6,068 nt of DNA from Escherichia phage ID21. Positions 1 to 4,955 of this stretch are shown piece after piece. Numbering within the stretch: position 1 is the stretch's first letter; every line of letters starts with the position of its first letter. The notes under the pieces were generated by a model, which did no database searches, was not told where the DNA came from, and saw nothing but the letters and a program-made list of their open reading frames with translations. The DNA is taken from sequence record NC_007818.1; one strand, given 5' to 3'. The translations under genes and the position numbers were made by a program.

Positions 1-66
1 TTGTTGACATTCCCTAAATCCTTATGAGACTCTTGCTTCAGCGAAATGACGCAGGAGTCTTTGCTT

Positions 67-435
67 ATGAAACCCGCACATCGCTTAACCCATCCGGTTC
101 TCGGTTCTTGGTTGTTTAAGTGTCCTGTTTATATCCGTTACGAACACCTTCATCATGGTCGTCTTATTAAGGTTCGTGCTGTTCGCGATTTATCCCCTCG
201 CCAACAGCTTATTGCTAACCCTAAAAATTGCTTTGACGTTGTTATTGCTGAGATTGATGTTACTTATGGCTCCCTCACTTGGTTTGATTATGAGCATGAG
301 GAATATGACGAGTTTGAGCCTGATGTTATAAAAGGCCTCGTTAACTATATTGAAATCCCTCATGTTATCCGTTCTGAGGAAGATCCTTCTGTTGATATTG
401 ATGATATGGATTGGCTTTATGAAATTGCGGAGTAA
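67..435 (+). CDS. Hypothetical protein (122 aa; 129 aa if started at in-frame ATG 46) with basic N-terminal half and strongly acidic C-terminal half, encoded in the expanded H-A intergenic region
   Basis: ORF track 46..435. AGGAG at 53-57 lies 9 nt upstream of ATG 67. Third codon positions are predominantly T (CGT, GTT, GAT, CCT, ATT), as in the capsid and scaffold genes. No similarity to any phiX174 protein I can recall. Confidence 0.45.
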   Translation: MKPAHRLTHPVLGSWLFKCPVYIRYEHLHHGRLIKVRAVRDLSPRQQLIANPKNCFDVVIAEIDVTYGSLTWFDYEHEEYDEFEPDVIKGLVNYIEIPHVIRSEEDPSVDIDDMDWLYEIAE

Positions 436-438
436 ATT

Positions 439-528
439 ATGGAAACTGTTATCGGAAAACTTATTGCTCTGGCTGTTGTTGCTCTTATGCTGTATGGAAT
501 TGCCCGTTTGATTCGGAGGTTTCCGTGA
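439..528 (+). CDS. Hypothetical 29-aa hydrophobic peptide (METVIGKLIALAVVALMLYGIARLIRRFP), likely single-pass membrane peptide
   Basis: ATG 439 lies 3 nt after the stop of the upstream ORF (TAA 433-435), with GGAG at 429-432 six nt upstream. A 17-residue hydrophobic core is followed by RLIRR. Below the size cut-off of the supplied ORF track; translated manually. Confidence 0.3.
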   Translation: METVIGKLIALAVVALMLYGIARLIRRFP

Positions 529-701
529 AATATTTTAGTTTGGTAGATGAACATTATGCTTACTGCCCTGATACAAGGATTTTGCACATCACTCGTAGTC
601 GTGTTTCTGACCCTCGTTATGAGCGTCGCTTTCTTACTGATGAGGAGCATTTTGCACTTTTGGATTGGTTAAAAAATCGCCCAACTTATATTAATTCTTG
701 A
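525..701 (+). CDS. Hypothetical 58-aa protein, GTG start overlapping upstream stop (GTGA)
   Basis: GGAGG at 515-519 lies 5 nt upstream of GTG 525, whose last two bases overlap the TGA stop (526-528) of the preceding peptide. T-rich third codon positions and four CGT Arg codons match the phage coding style. No in-frame ATG, so it depends on the GTG start. Stop TGA 699-701 sits inside the -35 of the gene A promoter. Confidence 0.3.
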   Translation: MKYFSLVDEHYAYCPDTRILHITRSRVSDPRYERRFLTDEEHFALLDWLKNRPTYINS

Positions 702-727
702 CAGGCCTTTAAAATACCCTCTATATT
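698..727 (+). promoter_or_regulatory. Sigma70-type promoter upstream of gene A (P_A candidate): TTGACA(698-703)-18 nt-TATATT(722-727)
   Basis: Perfect -35 hexamer and 5/6 match to TATAAT with an 18-nt spacer, about 35 nt upstream of the A start codon. phiX174 also has a promoter immediately upstream of A. Confidence 0.5.
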
Positions 728-757
728 GCCCTCATAGTTTCACTACGAGGGCTTTTT
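728..757 (+). terminator. Intrinsic-terminator-like hairpin (10-bp stem with one A.C mismatch, 5-nt loop) followed by TTTTT, between the P_A -10 and the A start codon
   Basis: GCCCTCATAG (728-737), loop TTTCA (738-742), CTACGAGGGC (743-752), then T5 (753-757). Position is analogous to a terminator after gene H (T_H) that I recall for phiX174. Confidence 0.4.
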
Positions 758-760
758 CGC

Positions 761-2245
761 ATGGCTACTGAAATCTTCTCTGATGTTGTTAAGTCTGTTT
801 GGTCGCACGCTACGGCTAAGCATTCTCATCTTCGTATGGCTGTGCAGGTTGATAACCGTAGTCGTCTTCTTTCTGATTTGGTTTACCAGCTGGAAAAGCG
901 CCTCTCTGAAGAGACTCATCTGGATGATGAGACTTATGCTCTTTATGAATCTCAAACTGGTCTCTTGGAGGACCATATGGCGCTGGTTCGGAAGTGTGCT
1001 GCCCAACTTGATAATAGTAACACTATAGACCACCGTACTCCTTTGGACTCCGAATGTGTTTTCCTCTTTGAGATGATTTGCCCCGGTGTTCGCTACGGTA
1101 AAACATTGAATTCTCTTTGGACCAAGTATGTTGCCCAGTGGCCTGAGAAGTTGATTCGTCAGGAGCTTGATATGGTTAAGCCTTTATCCTTTAAGGATGA
1201 GGTTGCCAAGTACATGGAGAAAATGCAGGAAAAGACACGCAAAAATCGCATGACTCAGAAAGTAATTAATGAGATGCGTATTGCTCACCAGAAAGGCTGG
1301 TTCTTCGTATTTGATACGTTGACCCTTGCCGATGACCGTTTGCAGGCTTTTAATGAAAACCCAAATGCTCTTCGTGATTATTTCAGGACTGTTGGTCGAG
1401 CTGTTCTGCGCGCTGAAGGCCGCTCGGTTAAGGATTCCTACAACGACTGCTATCGCTATCTTTGTGTGCCGGAGTTTGGAGGTCAGCATGGCCGTCTTCA
1501 TTGGCACGTTGTGCATATGGTGCGGACTCTTCCTTTGGGAAGTCACGACCCTAATTTCGGTCGCAAGGTACGTAATTATCGCCAGATTAACTCGTTCCGT
1601 GGCATGTGGCCTTATGGCTTCACGCAACCGATAGCTGTACGCTATCAACATGATGCTTATTCTCGCAAAGGTTGGCTGTGGCATGTTGACAAATCAGGAA
1701 AAGCAATGCAGAGTAAGCCTTATCAGGCGGTCGCATGGTATGTGACCAAGTATGTGGCTAAGCAGTCTGACCAGCGTCAGAAAGCTATTACCGAGAGACA
1801 AAAGAAATGCAAGAATCCACTTATGGCAATATGTCTGAAAAAGGAATTCAGAGTTCGCAGCAGCCGGAAGCTCGGAATGGAGTTGCCGTCGATGGCGCAT
1901 CTCAGCAACAAGGTACTTCTGGAACTGAGTCGAATCAGCTTCGATTCCAGCCCTCTGTATCAGATAGTGAAAGAGAACGCCAAAAAGCAATTGACCTTGA
2001 ACATCGGCGCGCTGCCTTTACACGTCATTTTGGATGTGCGCCCGGAAGTGAGAAGTATGTTGAAAAATATCCGTCGTTTGATGAAAAAGACACCCGAGTT
2101 CAATTGGCAGAGTTCTATCGCTTCAATGACGGTCACCTTAAAAAATGGGGATATTTCTAATGAAGCACGTCAATACATTATTGATGCAGGAATTACGCCT
2201 TCTGATTTGCGAGCTAAAGCGACTCAAACTTTCGGCGGTAAGTGA
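761..2245 (+). CDS. A: Replication initiation protein A (rolling-circle HUH endonuclease), 494 aa
   Basis: ORF track 761..2245. Contains AWYVTKYVAK with two tyrosines (Y327, Y331) matching the phiX174 gpA active-site YVAKYVNK motif as I recall it, plus an HUH-like LHWHVVH. Central and C-terminal regions align with recalled phiX174 gpA (GWFFVFDTLTLADDRL, NPNALRDYFR, DPNFGRKVRN). Contains the origin at 1004-1033. Confidence 0.95.
   Translation: MATEIFSDVVKSVWSHATAKHSHLRMAVQVDNRSRLLSDLVYQLEKRLSEETHLDDETYALYESQTGLLEDHMALVRKCAAQLDNSNTIDHRTPLDSECVFLFEMICPGVRYGKTLNSLWTKYVAQWPEKLIRQELDMVKPLSFKDEVAKYMEKMQEKTRKNRMTQKVINEMRIAHQKGWFFVFDTLTLADDRLQAFNENPNALRDYFRTVGRAVLRAEGRSVKDSYNDCYRYLCVPEFGGQHGRLHWHVVHMVRTLPLGSHDPNFGRKVRNYRQINSFRGMWPYGFTQPIAVRYQHDAYSRKGWLWHVDKSGKAMQSKPYQAVAWYVTKYVAKQSDQRQKAITERQKKCKNPLMAICLKKEFRVRSSRKLGMELPSMAHLSNKVLLELSRISFDSSPLYQIVKENAKKQLTLNIGALPLHVILDVRPEVRSMLKNIRRLMKKTPEFNWQSSIASMTVTLKNGDISNEARQYIIDAGITPSDLRAKATQTFGGK
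1004..1033 (+). other. Viral (+) strand origin of rolling-circle replication; predicted gpA nick between G1010 and A1011
   Basis: CAACTTGATAATAGTAACACTATAGACCAC matches the phiX174 30-nt origin CAACTTG/ATATTAATAACACTATAGACCAC (recalled) at 27 of 30 positions; the three differences are in the AT-rich middle. Confidence 0.85.
1214..2245 (+). CDS. A*: A* protein: in-frame internal restart of gene A (start uncertain: ATG 1214, 1223 or 1250)
   Basis: phiX174 makes A* from an internal in-frame ATG about 25 residues before the conserved GWF motif. Here in-frame ATGs lie at 1214, 1223 and 1250 before GWFFVF, and AAGGATGAGG (1193-1202) is an SD-like element upstream of 1214. Confidence 0.45.
   Translation: MEKMQEKTRKNRMTQKVINEMRIAHQKGWFFVFDTLTLADDRLQAFNENPNALRDYFRTVGRAVLRAEGRSVKDSYNDCYRYLCVPEFGGQHGRLHWHVVHMVRTLPLGSHDPNFGRKVRNYRQINSFRGMWPYGFTQPIAVRYQHDAYSRKGWLWHVDKSGKAMQSKPYQAVAWYVTKYVAKQSDQRQKAITERQKKCKNPLMAICLKKEFRVRSSRKLGMELPSMAHLSNKVLLELSRISFDSSPLYQIVKENAKKQLTLNIGALPLHVILDVRPEVRSMLKNIRRLMKKTPEFNWQSSIASMTVTLKNGDISNEARQYIIDAGITPSDLRAKATQTFGGK
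1807..2160 (+). CDS. B: Internal scaffolding protein B (117 aa), nested in gene A in another frame
   Basis: ORF track 1807..2160. C-terminus ...RVQLAEFYRFNDGHLKKWGYF parallels recalled phiX174 gpB ...RIQPAEFYRFHDAEVNTFGYF. Stop TAA 2158-2160 overlaps the K start as TAATG. Confidence 0.85.
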   Translation: MQESTYGNMSEKGIQSSQQPEARNGVAVDGASQQQGTSGTESNQLRFQPSVSDSERERQKAIDLEHRRAAFTRHFGCAPGSEKYVEKYPSFDEKDTRVQLAEFYRFNDGHLKKWGYF

Positions 2246-2348
2246 CCCGGATTTTTCTCAGGAGAAGATTCATGCTGAGCTCAACTCGTTATTATGCAAG
2301 TTATCGCGCTACTTTGACGAAGCAGCTGATGTTTCTTACAAAGGCTGA
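2160..2348 (+). CDS. K: Protein K (62 aa), overlapping the end of A and the start of C
   Basis: ATG 2160-2162 overlaps the B stop. Product MKHVNTLLMQELRLLICELKRLKL... resembles recalled phiX174 gpK (...IKQELLLLVYELNRSGL...). The ORF-track start at 2145 is an upstream in-frame ATG and less likely. Confidence 0.65.
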   Translation: MKHVNTLLMQELRLLICELKRLKLSAVSDPDFSQEKIHAELNSLLCKLSRYFDEAADVSYKG

Positions 2349-2478
2349 CTTTACGAATGATGATGAAAAGTGGCTTAACGCTTTTGGTAATCTTCTTCGT
2401 CAGTGGTTTGAAATTGAACAATGGAAAGGCAATCATAAAAAATTGCTTGACGACCTGAAAAAACGTAATTACATTTGA
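2242..2478 (+). CDS. C: DNA maturation/packaging protein C (78 aa from GTG 2242; 68 aa if started at ATG 2272)
   Basis: ORF track 2242..2478. Shares ...DEEKWLN...WF with recalled phiX174 gpC. GTG 2242 overlaps the A stop as GTGA, mirroring the phiX174 ATGA A-stop/C-start overlap. ATG 2272 has a canonical AGGAG (2260-2264) 7 nt upstream, so the true start is ambiguous. Confidence 0.75.
   Translation: MTRIFLRRRFMLSSTRYYASYRATLTKQLMFLTKADFTNDDEKWLNAFGNLLRQWFEIEQWKGNHKKLLDDLKKRNYI
2447..2475 (+). promoter_or_regulatory. Sigma70-type promoter upstream of gene D (P_D candidate): TTGACG(2447-2452)-17 nt-TACATT(2470-2475)
   Basis: 5/6 match at -35 and 4/6 at -10 with ideal 17-nt spacing, lying in the 3' end of gene C about 45 nt upstream of the D start, where phiX174 has its D promoter. 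Confidence 0.5.
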
Positions 2479-2520
2479 GTTGTTTCAAAGGTTTTTACCC
2501 ATAAATGTTAGGAGTATGTT

Positions 2521-2979
2521 ATGTCTAATCTCGTTGCTACCGATGTTAATTTTGCTACTTCTGTTGCTGCTCTGAAGATGCTTCAGGCTTCAGCCGTTTT
2601 GGATATTACCGAAGAGGATTTTGATTTTCTGACTGGTGATAAAATTTGGATTGCTACCGACCGCAACCGCGCGCGTCGTTGTGTAGAGGCTTGCGTTTAT
2701 GGGACACTGGACTTTGTCGGGTATCCTCGCTTTCCTGCTCCTGTTGAGTTTATTGCTGCCGTCATTGCTTATTATGTTCATCCCGTTAACATTCAGACGG
2801 CCTGCCTCATCATGGAAGGCGCGGAGTTTACAGAAAATATTGTTAATGGCGTCGAGCGTCCGGTTAAAGCCGCTGAGCTCTTCGCGTATACCTTGCGTGT
2901 TAAGGCCGGATTCAAAGAGACGGTTTTAAGCGCTGAGGATAATGCTCGTCAGAAACTGCGTGCAAGTGGAGTTATGTAA
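2521..2979 (+). CDS. D: External scaffolding protein D (152 aa)
   Basis: ORF track 2521..2979. Near-identical over long stretches to recalled phiX174 gpD (RARRCVEACVYGTLDFVGYPRFPAPVEFIAAVIAYYVHPVNIQTACLIMEGAEFTEN). SD TAGGAG 2509-2514. Confidence 0.97.
   Translation: MSNLVATDVNFATSVAALKMLQASAVLDITEEDFDFLTGDKIWIATDRNRARRCVEACVYGTLDFVGYPRFPAPVEFIAAVIAYYVHPVNIQTACLIMEGAEFTENIVNGVERPVKAAELFAYTLRVKAGFKETVLSAEDNARQKLRASGVM
2699..2929 (+). CDS. E: Lysis protein E (76 aa), nested in gene D in the +1 frame
   Basis: ORF track 2699..2929. N-terminus MGHWTLSGILAFLLLLSLLLPSLLIMFIP matches the phiX174 E transmembrane domain (MVRWTLWDTLAFLLLLSLLLPSLLIMFIP, recalled), including the conserved proline. GAGGC lies upstream of the ATG. 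Confidence 0.85.
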   Translation: MGHWTLSGILAFLLLLSLLLPSLLIMFIPLTFRRPASSWKARSLQKILLMASSVRLKPLSSSRIPCVLRPDSKRRF

Positions 2980-2980
2980 T

Positions 2981-3055
2981 ATGAAAAAAGCTCGTCGTTC
3001 TCCTTCTCGTAAGAAAGGTGCTCGCCTCTGGTATGTAGGCGGTTCTCAATTTTAA
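2981..3055 (+). CDS. J: Small basic DNA-binding/packaging protein J (24 aa: MKKARRSPSRKKGARLWYVGGSQF)
   Basis: Translated manually (too short for the ORF track). ATG 2981 is 1 nt after the D stop. C-terminus GARLWYVGG matches phiX174 gpJ; the short 24-aa form suggests an alpha3-like phage. Confidence 0.85.
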   Translation: MKKARRSPSRKKGARLWYVGGSQF

Positions 3056-3060
3056 TTAAT

Positions 3061-3074
3061 GGGGCTTCGGCCCC
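3061..3074 (+). terminator. J-F intergenic hairpin GGGGC-UUCG-GCCCC (5-bp G/C stem, UUCG tetraloop); likely terminator/mRNA-stabilising element
   Basis: Perfect inverted repeat directly visible. The same GGGGCTTCGGCCCC occurs in the phiX174 J-F spacer as I recall. Followed by AAGGA SD and the F start. Confidence 0.55.
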
Positions 3075-3089
3075 TATAAGGATTCTTAA

Positions 3090-4373
3090 ATGTCAAACGT
3101 GCAAACTTCCGCTGAACGTATTCCTCACGACCTCTCTCATCTGGTTTTTGATGCAGGCAAAATTGGTCGTTTAAAGGTTGTTTCTTGGACTCCTGTTGTT
3201 GCAGGTGATTCTTTTGAGCTTGATATGATTGGCGCTATTCGCCTTTCTCCGCTTCGTCGTGGCCTTGCTGTTGACTCTCGCGTTGACCTGTTCACGTTTT
3301 ATGTTCCTCATCGTCATGTATATGGTGAGCAGTGGATTGAGTTTATGAAGCAAGGTGTTGATGCTGCTCCTTTGGCCCCTGTTCAGTGCTCTCGCGGTTG
3401 GGATAGTGCTCAGTATCTTGCTACCATTCCGTCTAGTAACCTGAAGGTTCCTAAGTTTCTTCATCAAGGTTACCTGAATATTTATAACAACTATTTTAAA
3501 GCTCCGTGGATGGATGATTTGACTTATGCCAATCCGTCCAATATGGAAGGTGAAGATGTTCGTTTTGGTGTTCGCGCATGTAACCTGAAGACTATCTGGA
3601 CTGCCCCTCTGCCGCCGGATACCGAGACCTCTCATTCTATGGAGACCGAGACTAACTCCATTGATATTATGGGTTTACAGGCTGCTTATGCTCAATTGCA
3701 TACTGAGCAGGAGCGTGATTACTTTATGACTCGTTATCGTGATATCGTTAACGAATTTGGAGGTAGCACGTCTTATGACGCGGATAATCGTCCTCTTCTG
3801 GTTATGCACTCTGAGTTTTGGGCTTCAGGCTATGACGTCGACGGCACCGACCAAAGCTCTCTCGGTCAGTTCTCCGGTCGTGTCCAGCAGACGTTTAAGC
3901 ATTCAGTACCGCGATTCTTCTGTCCTGAGCATGGCACTATGTTTACACTCGCATTGGTCCGCTTCCCGCCGACCCATGAGATGGAGATGCATTACTTAGT
4001 TGGTAAGGAAGATTTGACTTATACTGATTTGGCTTGTGACCCAGCTCTGATGGCTAACTTGCCTCCGCGTGAGGTTAATATGTCTCAGTTCTTCCATTCT
4101 GGAAGTACTAGTGCTAAGTTTAAGATCGCTGAAGGTCAGTGGTATCGTATGCAGCCTGACCGTGTTGCTCTGCCTTATAACTATCTTGATGGTTTCCCGT
4201 TCTATAGCGCGATTCCGTCTGATGATATTAAGCAGCGTGTTCTGGTTAATACTGATAACTACGATGAGGTTTTCCAGTCTATGCAACTTGCTCACTGGAA
4301 TATGCAGACTAAGTTTAACTGCACCATTTATCGTAATATGCCGACTACTCGTGATTCTATTATGACTTCTTGA
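3090..4373 (+). CDS. F: Major capsid protein F (427 aa)
   Basis: ORF track 3090..4373. Long near-identical stretches to recalled phiX174 gpF (LSPLRRGLA, YVPHRHVYGEQWI, YLNIYNNYFKAPWM, SYDADNRPLLVM, GYDVDGTDQ, PRFF.PEHGTMFTLALVRFPP, KFKIAEGQWYR, TTRDSIMTS). Confidence 0.97.
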   Translation: MSNVQTSAERIPHDLSHLVFDAGKIGRLKVVSWTPVVAGDSFELDMIGAIRLSPLRRGLAVDSRVDLFTFYVPHRHVYGEQWIEFMKQGVDAAPLAPVQCSRGWDSAQYLATIPSSNLKVPKFLHQGYLNIYNNYFKAPWMDDLTYANPSNMEGEDVRFGVRACNLKTIWTAPLPPDTETSHSMETETNSIDIMGLQAAYAQLHTEQERDYFMTRYRDIVNEFGGSTSYDADNRPLLVMHSEFWASGYDVDGTDQSSLGQFSGRVQQTFKHSVPRFFCPEHGTMFTLALVRFPPTHEMEMHYLVGKEDLTYTDLACDPALMANLPPREVNMSQFFHSGSTSAKFKIAEGQWYRMQPDRVALPYNYLDGFPFYSAIPSDDIKQRVLVNTDNYDEVFQSMQLAHWNMQTKFNCTIYRNMPTTRDSIMTS

Positions 4374-4379
4374 TTATGT

Positions 4380-4393
4380 GGGGCTTCGGCCCC
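4380..4393 (+). terminator. F-G intergenic hairpin GGGGC-UUCG-GCCCC, second copy of the J-F element
   Basis: Same 14-nt hairpin as 3061-3074, again followed by TTTAAGGATT and a start codon. Confidence 0.55.
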
Positions 4394-4409
4394 CTTTAAG
4401 GATTTGATT

Positions 4410-4955
4410 ATGTTTCAAGTTTATGTAGCTAAACATGTTGCTCCGTTCACTTCCATGAATCGTGCATTTTCTATCTCTCCTGCTGCTGACCCGCAGGTTG
4501 TTAACTCTGGCGAGATTGTTGCTGGTCGTTCTACCTTCCGCATTGCTTCTTCTATTGATTCAGCTTCCAATGGTAATGGTTTTGCATTCGTTCAGATGAT
4601 GGACCCTAACTCTCCTGATTCTCAGCAGGTCTTCTCTGTTGCTGCGTCACTGTCTTTTAGCGTTGACTCGAATTATGTCCCTTGCGTTGTTCGCTTTGAG
4701 AGTAGTGCTGCTCAGCCTGGTCGATTCGCTATTTCTAAGGCTGATTTTATTCCGGTTGAGGCCTCCGCCCTCTCTGCGCGCGCGCTTAGTGTTCGTGATT
4801 GTGTTACTGTTGATGTTAAGCCTCGCACTGAAGGTAATAACGTCTTTGTTGGTCTATTCCTGTCTTCTGCTGCCGCTAATGCTGGTAATGTTACTGGTGT
4901 TATTTCGATGGCTCAGGTTGACCATGAAGTTACAGCTTTGCAGCCTCTTAAATAA
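4410..4955 (+). CDS. G: Major spike protein G (181 aa)
   Basis: ORF track 4404..4955 (TTG); the ATG at 4410 with AAGGA 7 nt upstream is preferred. MFQ start, CVVRFESS, RDCVTVDVKPRTEGNNVFVG and C-terminal LQPLK match recalled phiX174 gpG. Confidence 0.9.
   Translation: MFQVYVAKHVAPFTSMNRAFSISPAADPQVVNSGEIVAGRSTFRIASSIDSASNGNGFAFVQMMDPNSPDSQQVFSVAASLSFSVDSNYVPCVVRFESSAAQPGRFAISKADFIPVEASALSARALSVRDCVTVDVKPRTEGNNVFVGLFLSSAAANAGNVTGVISMAQVDHEVTALQPLK

Noticed and set aside
4-32. TTGACA hexamer at 4-9 as a promoter for the upstream cassette
   Set aside because: No acceptable -10 hexamer 15-19 nt downstream (best candidates GAGACT and TATGAG are poorly matched or misplaced). The cassette is more likely expressed by read-through from H.
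28-59. Inverted repeat GACTC...GAGTC with 22-nt loop
   Set aside because: Only a 5-bp stem with a long loop, expected by chance; no supporting context.
46-66. ATG 46 as the start of the first cassette ORF
   Set aside because: In frame and possible, but it lacks an SD, whereas ATG 67 has AGGAG at ideal spacing; 67 is preferred.
1686-1716. TTGACA at 1686-1691 as the gene B promoter
   Set aside because: Position (about 120 nt upstream of B, inside A) is plausible, but no TATAAT-like hexamer lies at 16-19 nt spacing, so the call is not supportable from sequence alone.
2145-2159. ATG 2145 as the start of gene K, and TTG 4404 as the start of gene G
   Set aside because: ATG 2160 (TAATG overlap with the B stop; K-like N-terminus) and ATG 4410 (MFQ start with AAGGA SD) fit homology and initiation signals better.
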